From: Bacteroidales bacterium
Lineage (GTDB): Bacteria > Bacteroidota > Bacteroidia > Bacteroidales > UBA10428
Direction of reading: 5' to 3'
Assembly: GCA_016936215.1 (NCBI GenBank)
Contig: JAFGPL010000150.1
Span: 5,262 to 69,261, forward strand
Length of the DNA stretch: 64,000 bases
Each line of letters begins with the position of its first letter. Position 1 is the first letter of the stretch. Under the pieces are notes generated by a model, which was given only the letters and a program-made list of their open reading frames with translations, had not been told where the DNA came from and searched no databases. The translations under genes were made by a program, and so were the position numbers. This document shows, in pieces, positions 47,197-56,616 of this stretch.

Positions 47197-47955
47197 TTAA
47201 TTCCTGGTATGAAAAGATCCTGACCCTTTTTCGAATTCCCTTATTTCGGTATGGTAATCAATGATATTAAATATAAATAATTTTCCAGACAGTGTGTTTT
47301 GAAGCCCAAGGATGATTTTTATAACTTCATTGGCCATAATAGTGCCTGTAATTGTGGTCAATGTACCGGCAGACACCATCCCTTCAACTGAAGAACTCAA
47401 ATTTTTTGATGGTTTTGCAGGATAAAGGTCACGGAATGAAGGCCCCTCCTGATAGTTGAATACCGTTACCTCCGAACCGGCACCGGAAAGGCTGCCGTAA
47501 ACTACAGGTTTTCCAAGCTCAATGGCGGTATCGCTGATAAGATAATGTGCAGAAAAATTATCGGATGCATCGGCAATGATATCGTAGTCTTTCAGCACAT
47601 TTGAAATGGTGGTTGGGGTAAGACAGATATTATGCAGCTCAATATGCACCAGGTGGTTGATATGTTTTAATTTTTGTTTTGATAAAATGGCTTTTTGTTT
47701 TCCCAGATCAGAATCGCCAAAAAGCCTTTGGTTTGGCAGAAATTCTTCGGTTACCATTGTATTGTCCGATATGCCAATACTTCCTACACCAGAGGCAACA
47801 AGATTCTGAAGCAAGGCTGTACCCTTTCCCCCTGCGCCTATGACCAATACCCGTGATTGCTTTATTTTCTCCTGTCCTTTGATCCCGACCGATGGCAGGT
47901 CAATCTGGTAAAGATACCGGCGTAGCTCTCGCTGCGTTAGTATATCAGAATTCAT
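47197..47955 (-). CDS. HesA/MoeB/ThiF-family E1-like adenylyltransferase, variant without the zinc-binding cysteines
   Basis: Start chosen at 'MNSDILTQRELRRY'. 'VLVIGAGGKGTALLQNLVASGVGSIGISD' is the nucleotide-binding fold. 'GPSFRDLYP' replaces the usual GPCYRC motif. Confidence 0.7.
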   Translation of the reverse strand: MNSDILTQRELRRYLYQIDLPSVGIKGQEKIKQSRVLVIGAGGKGTALLQNLVASGVGSIGISDNTMVTEEFLPNQRLFGDSDLGKQKAILSKQKLKHINHLVHIELHNICLTPTTISNVLKDYDIIADASDNFSAHYLISDTAIELGKPVVYGSLSGAGSEVTVFNYQEGPSFRDLYPAKPSKNLSSSVEGMVSAGTLTTITGTIMANEVIKIILGLQNTLSGKLFIFNIIDYHTEIREFEKGSGSFHTRN

Positions 47956-48037
47956 AACCTGATTTTTTGGTAAATATAAAGCATTTTTAAAATAGAATGT
48001 CATGAAGAATAAATCAGTGAAAGGTTGATTAAGTAAT

Positions 48038-48056
48038 TTGATATTGATAATATCAA
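48038..48056. promoter_or_regulatory. Perfect 8-3-8 palindrome, candidate ArsR-family operator overlapping a candidate promoter
   Basis: 'ttgatatt gat aatatcaa' in the divergent intergenic region. A TAnnTTTG box 'TATATTTG' lies at 48067-48074, 31 nt before the arsR-like ATG. Confidence 0.4.
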
Positions 48057-48104
48057 CATATATTAATATATTTGTGTGTATTAAAATCAGATAATTTTAT
48101 ATAT

Positions 48105-48404
48105 ATGAAATTCAGCAACTTAACGGCTGATCAGCTCGAAAAAGCAGCCAGTATGTTAAAAGCGATTGCCCATCCGATGAGAATTGCAATTATCAATTAT
48201 CTTGAAGAAGGTAAACAACTCACTGTGACTGAACTGCAGGAAATGGTAGGTATGGAACAGTCCACCACTTCACACCACCTGGGAATATTAAAAGATAAAG
48301 GTGTACTTGCATCCAAAAGGGAAGGTAAAAATACATATTATTACTTGAAACATAATACCTTAAGTGGTATTGTGGAATGTATCAGCAAGTGTGCCTGTGA
48401 TTAA
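48105..48404 (+). CDS. ArsR/SmtB-family transcriptional regulator with a C-terminal Cys cluster
   Basis: Start chosen at 'MKFSNLTADQLEK'. 'AHPMRIAIINYL' and HTH 'TVTELQEMVGMEQSTTSHHLGILKDKGV'. C-terminus 'ECISKCACD'. Confidence 0.8.
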   Translation: MKFSNLTADQLEKAASMLKAIAHPMRIAIINYLEEGKQLTVTELQEMVGMEQSTTSHHLGILKDKGVLASKREGKNTYYYLKHNTLSGIVECISKCACD

Positions 48405-48487
48405 AAAATCAGGGTATTTAAGCCGGGTTGCCGGGTAATTGTAATCCGGTGTAGTTTTAAAATTTTACCATTTCTAACCACAATCCT

Positions 48488-51256
48488 ATGGCAGAAAAAA
48501 AAATGTTTCTCCTCGATGCGTATGCTTTAATATTCAGGGCTTACTATGCCTTTATCAGCCGACCGATCAAAAATTCCAAAGGAATGAATACCTCTGCAAT
48601 ATTTGGGTTCACCAATACCCTTGATGAGGTGATACGCAAAGAAAAACCAACACATATTGCCGTTGCTTTTGATCCTCCTTCTCCCACGTTCAGGCACGAA
48701 ATGTATTCCGATTACAAGGCAAACAGGCTTGAGACCCCTGACGATATCAGGCTTTCTGTTCCATATATCAAAGAAATCATCGGGGGATACAATATCCCGA
48801 TTCTGGAGGTTGCAGGGTACGAAGCTGATGATGTTATCGGTACAGTGGCCAGACAGGCGGCCAATAATGGCTTTGAAGTGTATATGATGACACCTGACAA
48901 AGATTACCTGCAACTTGTATCTGAGCATGTTTATCTTTATAAGCCAAGGCGTTCGGGTGGTGAAGCTGATATACTCGGTGTTGAAGAAGTTAAAAAAGAA
49001 TGGGATATTGAACATCCTGAGCAATTTATTGATATACTGGCACTGTGGGGCGATGCTTCCGATAATGTGCCGGGAGCGCCGGGTATCGGTGAAAAAACCG
49101 CAAAGGCACTGATCAATAAATATAAAAGTATTGAAGGGCTTTATGAGAACATATCTGAATTAAAAGGAAAACAAAAAGAAAATCTCCTCGGGTTCAGGGA
49201 CCAGATCGAAACTGCCCGTAAGCTTGTTACCATTGTGCAAAATGTCCCGGTAGAGATTAATTACAACGATATTGAGTTAACCAGTCCCAATATACCAAGG
49301 CTAAAAGAGTTGTTTTCAGAGCTTGAATTCAGGACTTTTATGAACAGGTTATCCGCATCGCCACAAGTGCCGCAAGCACCTGTTCAGGGTAGCCTGTTTG
49401 ATGAAGTTAATGTTCCCGGTCCTTTGGTGACCACAGATAACGGTTATAGTGCGATTAACGACATTAAACATGAATACTTTCTTGTTGATACCCCTGAAAA
49501 AAGAAAAAAACTGGTTAACGAGCTTCAAAATCAGCATGCTTTTTGTTTTGATACCGAGACCACTGGCCTCGATGCTTTGAATGTAGAATTGGTAGGGCTC
49601 TCGTTTTCTTTCAGGGCCCGTGAAGCATTCTATGTTCCTTTTCCAGCCGGTCAGGTTGAAGCAACAAGTATTCTCAGCGAATTTGCCGGAATTTTTGGCA
49701 ACGAAAAAATCAGGAAAACCGGGCAAAACCTTAAATACGACCTGCAGGTATTAAGCAATTATGGCATTGAAGTAAAGGGTGAGATCTTCGATACAATGAT
49801 TGCACATTATCTTATTCAGCCTGAATTACCTCATAATATGGATTATTTGTCGAGGATCTACCTCCGCTATAATCCCGTTTCAATTGAAACATTAATTGGT
49901 CCGAAAGGAAAAGGGCAGTTGAACATGCGTAGTGTTGACCTGGAAATAATAAAGGAGTATGCCGGTGAAGATGCCGATATTACCTGGCAATTGTCAGAGA
50001 TTTTAAGGGTCGAGCTTGAAAAACTCAATATGCTTAAACTGGCAGAAAATATTGAAATGCCACTGGTCCAGGTGCTGGCAGATATGGAAAAGTCAGGTTT
50101 TAAGATTAGTACAGATGATTTAAATAACTATGCATATGTGCTTAAAAATGAGATAACAAATCTTGAAACAGAAATACATAAGCTGGCAGGAGTAACCTTT
50201 AATATTGCTTCACCCAAACAGTTGGGAGAGATACTTTTCGACAGATTGAAAATCGCATCAGACGCCAAAAGGACAAAAACAAAGCAATATTCTACCAGTG
50301 AAGAAACACTTACCCAATTAAAAGGTAAACATTCTATTATTGATAAGGTATTAGAATATAGAACATTAGTTAAATTACTTAATACATATGTTGAAGTTTT
50401 GCCAAAATTGGTAAACCAGCATACAGGCAAAGTGCATACTTCCTTTGAACAAGCCTGGGTTGCGACCGGCAGGTTAAGTTCAAAGAATCCCAATCTGCAG
50501 AACATCCCGATAAGGGAAGAACGGGGAAGGGAAATCAGGAAATCTTTTATTGCCAGTGACAACGACCATATCCTTTTGTCCGCAGACTATTCCCAAATAG
50601 AGCTCAGGCTGATGGCCCATATGAGCGGCGACAGGAATATGATTGAAGCATTTAAAAACGATGAAGATATTCATGCTGCAACCGCAGCGCGTATATACAA
50701 TGTAGCCATAGAACAGGTAACACGTGAAATGCGGGGGAAAGCCAAGACTGCAAATTTCGGAATTATTTACGGGATATCAGCTTTTGGGTTATCCCAAAGG
50801 CTCAATATTTCAAGATCTGAGGCAAAAGAACTTATTGATGGTTATTTTGCTGCATATGGAGACGTTAAAAACTACATGGACAAGGCAATACATTTGGCCA
50901 AGGAAAAAGGATATGTGGAAACAATCATGGGCCGGAGAAGGTATCTGAAAGAAATCAATTCACCCAATGCACTCATTAGGGGAAATGCCGAAAGAAATGC
51001 GATCAATGCCCCGATCCAGGGTTCGGCAGCCGACATCATTAAACAGGCAATGGTAAATATTCATTGCAGGATTAAGAATAATTTCAGGTCTAGAATGATT
51101 CTTCAGGTTCATGATGAATTAATATTCGATGTTTACAAGCCTGAACTTGAAACAATTAAAGAAATTGTTAAAAATGAGATGGAAAAAGCTGTTGAACTGT
51201 CAGTACCGCTGGTTGTTGATATTGGTATTGGCAATAACTGGCTTGATGCACATTGA
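48488..51256 (+). CDS. polA: DNA polymerase I
   Basis: 922 aa. 5'-nuclease N-terminus 'LLDAYALIFRAYYA'. 3'-5' exonuclease 'FCFDTETTGLD'. Polymerase motifs 'LLSADYSQIELR', 'RGKAKTANFGIIYG' and 'LQVHDEL'. Confidence 0.95.
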   Translation: MAEKKMFLLDAYALIFRAYYAFISRPIKNSKGMNTSAIFGFTNTLDEVIRKEKPTHIAVAFDPPSPTFRHEMYSDYKANRLETPDDIRLSVPYIKEIIGGYNIPILEVAGYEADDVIGTVARQAANNGFEVYMMTPDKDYLQLVSEHVYLYKPRRSGGEADILGVEEVKKEWDIEHPEQFIDILALWGDASDNVPGAPGIGEKTAKALINKYKSIEGLYENISELKGKQKENLLGFRDQIETARKLVTIVQNVPVEINYNDIELTSPNIPRLKELFSELEFRTFMNRLSASPQVPQAPVQGSLFDEVNVPGPLVTTDNGYSAINDIKHEYFLVDTPEKRKKLVNELQNQHAFCFDTETTGLDALNVELVGLSFSFRAREAFYVPFPAGQVEATSILSEFAGIFGNEKIRKTGQNLKYDLQVLSNYGIEVKGEIFDTMIAHYLIQPELPHNMDYLSRIYLRYNPVSIETLIGPKGKGQLNMRSVDLEIIKEYAGEDADITWQLSEILRVELEKLNMLKLAENIEMPLVQVLADMEKSGFKISTDDLNNYAYVLKNEITNLETEIHKLAGVTFNIASPKQLGEILFDRLKIASDAKRTKTKQYSTSEETLTQLKGKHSIIDKVLEYRTLVKLLNTYVEVLPKLVNQHTGKVHTSFEQAWVATGRLSSKNPNLQNIPIREERGREIRKSFIASDNDHILLSADYSQIELRLMAHMSGDRNMIEAFKNDEDIHAATAARIYNVAIEQVTREMRGKAKTANFGIIYGISAFGLSQRLNISRSEAKELIDGYFAAYGDVKNYMDKAIHLAKEKGYVETIMGRRRYLKEINSPNALIRGNAERNAINAPIQGSAADIIKQAMVNIHCRIKNNFRSRMILQVHDELIFDVYKPELETIKEIVKNEMEKAVELSVPLVVDIGIGNNWLDAH

Positions 51257-51278
51257 TATTCTTAAATAAAGACTTTAA

Positions 51279-51989
51279 TTAAATGTATTTTTTAATCTCA
51301 TTATGATAACAATTACGTATTTCATGAAGTCGTTCAATATCTGCATGCATTAGATACACTCTTACGAAATCTGTAATTCCGTCTAAATATATAAATGCTC
51401 TAGCAGCATCAAAATTATTGTTATCTATGTTGTTTTTTATTGAAAAGGTGATTTTCCTGAATAAGGACCAGCTAAGTTCTGAAGGTATTTCAAGGTAGTA
51501 TATCAGAGGTTCATCCATGTCCTGAAAAATCCCATGGTTAATTCGTTCAAGCAAAAAGAGTTTTTTGATGTTCACTAATCCATCAGCATTTATGTTTTTA
51601 AATTTCATCATTTTTATGTTTTCATCTATAAACCACTGCTGCAGTTCCTTAATTATTTCATAACTTCCTATTTTTTTTAACCTGATGCCATAGTATTGAT
51701 CATTGTAAATAATAATTTTACAAGGTGCTGCATCCAGAGAGGCACTCAAAAATTTTTTAACCCTTTTAATCGTTCTGAAAATACTGTCGCTTGGATATCT
51801 TTTATCATTAATCAGAAATATGTCTTCCGGCTTGGTATCGGTTGGAAGGTATTCACCATAATATCCCGGATAGGGCATCAGGGTTTCAAGCACCAACGTG
51901 TTGGGAACAATGTTGTCTTTAACAGTGTTGAATTTAACTTCTTTTGTCAGGATACCAAGACTTTCAATATGTTTACAATCCTCTCTCAT
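51279..51989 (-). CDS. Hypothetical protein with no recognisable family
   Basis: A 236-aa ORF with an ATG start. No signal peptide, TM segment or catalytic motif that I recognise. AT-rich (18 G+C in the 60-nt line I counted). Confidence 0.4.
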   Translation of the reverse strand: MREDCKHIESLGILTKEVKFNTVKDNIVPNTLVLETLMPYPGYYGEYLPTDTKPEDIFLINDKRYPSDSIFRTIKRVKKFLSASLDAAPCKIIIYNDQYYGIRLKKIGSYEIIKELQQWFIDENIKMMKFKNINADGLVNIKKLFLLERINHGIFQDMDEPLIYYLEIPSELSWSLFRKITFSIKNNIDNNNFDAARAFIYLDGITDFVRVYLMHADIERLHEIRNCYHNEIKKYI

Positions 51990-52126
51990 AGTTCATGATT
52001 TATTGGATTTCTGTTTCGCTAACAAATTTACGATATAAAAGTTCCTTAGTCAATAGCGTTTCATGGGATTATTAATGGGAGATTAATATGAGAAGATTAT
52101 AAAATTAATATAATCAAATAGTAATG

Positions 52127-52152
52127 ATAAACTGATTAAATAATCAGTTTAT
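52127..52152 (-). terminator. Hairpin immediately downstream of the hybrid kinase gene
   Basis: 'ataaactgatta' / 'taatcagtttat' is a 12-bp palindromic arm pair about 10 nt after the stop at 52163. AT-rich sequence follows on the minus strand. Confidence 0.5.
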
Positions 52153-52162
52153 TAACTGGGCT

Positions 52163-54982
52163 TTAAGAAAACCATTTAATAAGAATTTTTTTAATGGTTT
52201 CAGATTTAACAGGCTTAACAATATAGTCATTCATTCCGGAGGTAATGGCTTTATTCCGGCCTTTTTTGCTTGCAGATGCTGTCATTGCAACAATGGGTAT
52301 CTGCCTGCCAAGCCCCCTGATATCAATAGTTGCCTGTATACCGTCTTTATCTGGCATAAGTAAATCCATAAAAACAATGTCGTAGTTTTTTTCCTTTACC
52401 ATAGATACTGCCTCATTACCGTCAACAGCAATGTCAATTTTGTAGCCGAGGAAACCGAAAATTGTTTCGGCAACCTTCTGGTTAATGGTATTGTCTTCGG
52501 CTACCAGAATTGAAAGGTCTTCTCTTAAAACACGCTGGTCTTCGTCAACAATTTTTATAATATTCGGATAGTTTTCAAGCAGATAATCAAGGAATTCGTC
52601 CTGTTCAAACGGCTGCGTCATGTAATAATCAATGCCCGAACGTTTGCTTTGTATATAATTATCAGGTTTATGACTGGAACTTACCATGAAAACCAGGAAA
52701 TTATTTATGATCTTACTTTCCATCAGGCTTCTGGCTATTTCAATACTATTGAAATTTGGTTCATCAAGAAGGACTAATACATGGTAATCCTGTTCATTTC
52801 GTTTCAACAAATCATTTAAATTATCCTTCTTATCATTTTGAAATTTATATACACTATGTGAAATACCATGATGATCTAGTAATTTGATAAGTCTTTTTTT
52901 ATCAGCACCATTTTGTGAAATTATAAGTACATTTACTTTACTTAAATCGGTTATTTCACTAAAATCGAAATCTTTATCTAATTTTTCGTTGGAAAAAACT
53001 TCAATGGTAAAGCTGAATTTCGTGCCCGGATAAGCATGATTTGTAGAAATCGAAGAGGGACTTTCAACCCATATTTCACCATTCATCAGGGTGACAAGTT
53101 GTTTTGAAATGGTGGTGCCAAGTCCTGATCCACCGTATTTGCGCGATGTAGATTCTTCGGCCTGTGCAAATGAATTAAAGATACTTTCGAGTTTTTGTTT
53201 AGGAATGCCTACACCGGTATCTTCGATGGTAAAACGCAGGGTTATGTTGCCGTTGTACTCCTCCTCAAGATGCACTGAAACAGCTATTTTGCCTTCGTGG
53301 GTAAATTTAACGGCATTGCTAACAAGGTTTGACAATACCTGTCTAAGCCTGAAGGGGTCACCAATAACATTGTCAGGAACTTCCGGGTCAATATCCACAG
53401 TCAGCTCTACCTCTTTATCTTCAATAATCGGGCGGAACAGGTCAAGACTGATTTTAACCTCTTCTCTTAGCTTGTAAGGTATTTCTTCCAGTTGCATTTT
53501 GCCTGCTTCGATTTTTGAAAAGTCGAGGATATCATCAATAATGTTCAGAAGCAGATCGGCAGATTTTTTCAGAATCTGGATATATTCCTTCTGCTCGGTG
53601 GTAAGGTTTTCCTGGTTTAACGCTTCGGTCATGCCGATTATACCGTTCATCGGGGTACGGATCTCATGGCTCATTTTGGCCAGGAACTCCGATTTTGCAG
53701 TATTGGCAGCCGCTTCGTATTTTCTTGATTTCTCAATGGCTGTAACATCAATAAAAGCTTCAAGGAATATATCTTCACCTTTATGGATAAAAGCAGTTTC
53801 TTTTTTATAAACAACAACTTCGTTCCCTTCGCGTTGATAGAGAATAAACTGGTTTGAATCGTAGGCTGTATCGGATTCATCATCCTGGGTATAGCTCTTT
53901 GCGAGTAAAAACCTGTCAGAGATATTTTTGCCTGTAAGGTCTTCATCAGCTTTTATGAACAGAAGGTTTTTGGCTGTCTTGTTTATGGCTTTGATTTTAC
54001 GCTGGCTGTCAAGAATTATTACCCCAATGGGCAAGTTGTCAATTACCGATTTTAATTGCTCAAGGTCTTTGTTTACCAAATTCCCGGCATGGTATTTTTT
54101 AAAAATAACCCTTAACAGAAGGAACATAGATGCGAATAAAACTACCATGCTTATAATGCCGCCAATGAGGATAAATCGAATTATTTCTTTGTAAATAACA
54201 CTATTATTTAAAGAGAATACAATACCAAAATCCTGGTTCAACATCGAAACCGGATAACAGGCCGATAATAGTTTTTCTCTGCCGCCGTTAATTTTCATGT
54301 AGTGGGCGACAAATACTTTTTCACTATTCAAAAGTCCCCGTGTAATTACTTCCGGTATTTCACCTTCGACATCAGCCTTAATATTGGCCGACAGAAGAAT
54401 GCCCTTCTCGTTGATGATCCATTGCCAGAGAACCTCATCAAGAAGATAATTATTCAGAACAGAAAACAGGTACCTTTCGAAATCCATGGTTATTACAACA
54501 TTGGCAACCACTTTGTTGTCAGCAAAAACCGGAAGGTAATAAAGGTAAGTCCCATCTTTAACAGACATGGTTTCTTTCGGTTCAAGCTTCGGTTGTCTTT
54601 GGGCAAGATAATCATCGGTAATAAATTCATTTTTATCGTTCATGGAAAGGTTCAGGCCATTTTTGTTCTGATCGTAGATGAGGATATTCTTAATCATATT
54701 TTCATAAGCGGAATAGAATACCTCAAGTTTTCTCAAAGTGCTTTGTTTGATTTCGTTATCGTTGAATAGGTTAGCAAAATCATCGGTAAAAAGAATTTTG
54801 TTGATGTTGTTGTTAAATTCATTGATGGTTGATTCCACCTCAATGGCGGAGTTTTTGGCCTGTTCCAGCAGGATATTCTTCTGATAATTCACCTGGTGGT
54901 TGTATATAACAAAAAAAAGGTATACGTTGAAGGCTATTACCAGGGTAATAATAAGACTTATATAGACGAGGTATCGTTTCAT
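52163..54982 (-). CDS. Hybrid sensor histidine kinase with an extracytoplasmic sensor domain, a degenerate receiver-like domain and a canonical receiver
   Basis: An N-terminal TM, a ~250-aa external domain and a second TM, then a PAS-like segment. H-box 'FLAKMSHEIRTPMNGIIG'. 'SNAVKFT', 'DTGVGI' and 'GSGLGTTI'. Pseudo-receiver 'VNVLIISQNG..VLVLLDEP..YMTQP'. Receiver 'ILVAEDNT..DIVFMDLLMPDKDG..IVKP'. Confidence 0.85.
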   Translation of the reverse strand: MKRYLVYISLIITLVIAFNVYLFFVIYNHQVNYQKNILLEQAKNSAIEVESTINEFNNNINKILFTDDFANLFNDNEIKQSTLRKLEVFYSAYENMIKNILIYDQNKNGLNLSMNDKNEFITDDYLAQRQPKLEPKETMSVKDGTYLYYLPVFADNKVVANVVITMDFERYLFSVLNNYLLDEVLWQWIINEKGILLSANIKADVEGEIPEVITRGLLNSEKVFVAHYMKINGGREKLLSACYPVSMLNQDFGIVFSLNNSVIYKEIIRFILIGGIISMVVLFASMFLLLRVIFKKYHAGNLVNKDLEQLKSVIDNLPIGVIILDSQRKIKAINKTAKNLLFIKADEDLTGKNISDRFLLAKSYTQDDESDTAYDSNQFILYQREGNEVVVYKKETAFIHKGEDIFLEAFIDVTAIEKSRKYEAAANTAKSEFLAKMSHEIRTPMNGIIGMTEALNQENLTTEQKEYIQILKKSADLLLNIIDDILDFSKIEAGKMQLEEIPYKLREEVKISLDLFRPIIEDKEVELTVDIDPEVPDNVIGDPFRLRQVLSNLVSNAVKFTHEGKIAVSVHLEEEYNGNITLRFTIEDTGVGIPKQKLESIFNSFAQAEESTSRKYGGSGLGTTISKQLVTLMNGEIWVESPSSISTNHAYPGTKFSFTIEVFSNEKLDKDFDFSEITDLSKVNVLIISQNGADKKRLIKLLDHHGISHSVYKFQNDKKDNLNDLLKRNEQDYHVLVLLDEPNFNSIEIARSLMESKIINNFLVFMVSSSHKPDNYIQSKRSGIDYYMTQPFEQDEFLDYLLENYPNIIKIVDEDQRVLREDLSILVAEDNTINQKVAETIFGFLGYKIDIAVDGNEAVSMVKEKNYDIVFMDLLMPDKDGIQATIDIRGLGRQIPIVAMTASASKKGRNKAITSGMNDYIVKPVKSETIKKILIKWFS

Positions 54983-55163
54983 GTCTGCTTTGATATATAT
55001 TGAAATTGAGACTAATCGGGGCCTAAAATATTAATATTTAATATGAAAAAAAATACATTACCACATTTTATTTCAACAATTGTATACAATATTCAACCAT
55101 GTTTTTCTGTTTGAAATTCAATCAAGAAATGTTTCGGGCAATTACAATAAAGTGAACAGATAA

Positions 55164-56090
55164 TTATTTCCTGTATTTATTGTTATTGTCAAATAAAATA
55201 TTGGTATAACTGCGATAACGTGAGGCTGCAATTTTGCCTTCTTCAACAGCCTTTCTTACGGCACAGTTTGGTTCATGGGTGTGGGTGCAGTTATAGAACT
55301 GGCATTTTTCCGACATTTTGAATATTTCGGGGAAAAAGAGCCCGATCTCCTGCTTTTCAAAATCTATAATGCCAAAACCTTTTATCCCGGGGGTGTCAAT
55401 GATGTATCCTCCATATTCAAGCTCAAACATTTCTGAAAAAGTTGTTGTATGCTTGCCGGTTTTATGATATTCTGAAATTCCATCTACTTTCAGGTTGAGT
55501 TTCGGGTCAATACAGTTAATGAGCGTTGATTTACCTACCCCTGAATTACCGGCAACCAGTGTAATTTTGTTTTGCATGGTTTGTTTCAGCTTGTCAATAT
55601 TTTCACCGGTAACCGCTGAAGTTTCAATACATTCATAACCAATGGCAGTATAAATACTTTTCAGGTGGTTCAGATATTCAAGTTTTACTTTATCATATAG
55701 ATCTATTTTATTAAATATCAATGTAGAGACAATATGATATGCTTCAGCTGTAATTAAAAACCTGTCTATAAATTCAAGGGGTGTTTCGGGCATCGTTAGC
55801 GAGATAATAAGAAATGCCTGGTCGATATTTGCAGCAATCAGGTGTGCTTCTTTCGAAAGATTTATTGATCTTCTGATAATATAATTCTTTCTTTCATGAA
55901 TACGGGTTATCCAGCCTGTTTCACCCTCATTTTCCTGGTAAAAGTCCACTATATCGCCAACGGTAACAGGATTGGTGGTTTTAATACCCTTTATGCGATA
56001 ATTGCCTTTGATTTTACAGTTGACCTTAACAGAATTCTTTTTAACAGTATGCAGGCTTCCTGTTGTTTTTATGACTAACCCTGTTTCCAC
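55164..56090 (-). CDS. rsgA: Ribosome small-subunit-dependent GTPase A
   Basis: Circularly permuted GTPase order 'FNKIDL' (G4), then 'VAGNSGVGKSTLIN' (G1), then 'DTPG' (G3). Zinc motif 'CQFYNCTHTHEPNCAV'. GTG start. Confidence 0.9.
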   Translation of the reverse strand: METGLVIKTTGSLHTVKKNSVKVNCKIKGNYRIKGIKTTNPVTVGDIVDFYQENEGETGWITRIHERKNYIIRRSINLSKEAHLIAANIDQAFLIISLTMPETPLEFIDRFLITAEAYHIVSTLIFNKIDLYDKVKLEYLNHLKSIYTAIGYECIETSAVTGENIDKLKQTMQNKITLVAGNSGVGKSTLINCIDPKLNLKVDGISEYHKTGKHTTTFSEMFELEYGGYIIDTPGIKGFGIIDFEKQEIGLFFPEIFKMSEKCQFYNCTHTHEPNCAVRKAVEEGKIAASRYRSYTNILFDNNNKYRK

Positions 56091-56583
56091 TTTTCCGTTT
56101 TAATGTTACAATTCTAATCTGTATGTAATACTATAAACAAAGATGCAAAAAATCGCTTTTTGACAGATTATTAAATATGAACTTATTTACAAAACCAGAT
56201 AAGTATTATTTCAGATAAAGTGAATATCATAATGCCAAAAAAGGAATACAATAATTAACAATTATACAATATTAAATTCTTAAAAGAATCATGAATAAAG
56301 CATATTGAAATATATTATATAAATAAATACATTAATAATTTCAATTCTGGTACTGATTCAATCTTGCTTATTTCAGATTTCATATAAACAAAAAGTATAG
56401 ATAAAATTATTTAAATAATTAAATAACAGAATTTAATTAAAAATTTAAAAATTGAATTGCAACTAAATTTTTTAAACATACCAATAATCCTCTATTTGTG
56501 AATACAAATCTTATTTAAAATTCTTTTAATTTTTAAAGCTTTTTCATAATATTGTCTGCTCAAAAATACCGGAGGATATTTAC

Positions 56584-56616
56584 ATGAAAATGATATCGGT
56601 CGCCTTCCAATTCTGA
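56584..56616 (+). promoter_or_regulatory. 10-codon upstream ORF (MKMISVAFQF) with a strong SD, about 100 nt upstream of the MATE gene; candidate leader peptide
   Basis: 'GGAGGA' at 56571-56576 lies 7 nt before the ATG at 56584, and the TGA is at 56614-56616. 'gaattgc' (56615-56621) can pair either with 'caattc' (56608-56613) or with 'gcaattc' (56665-56671). The latter is followed by a T-rich tract. Confidence 0.25.
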
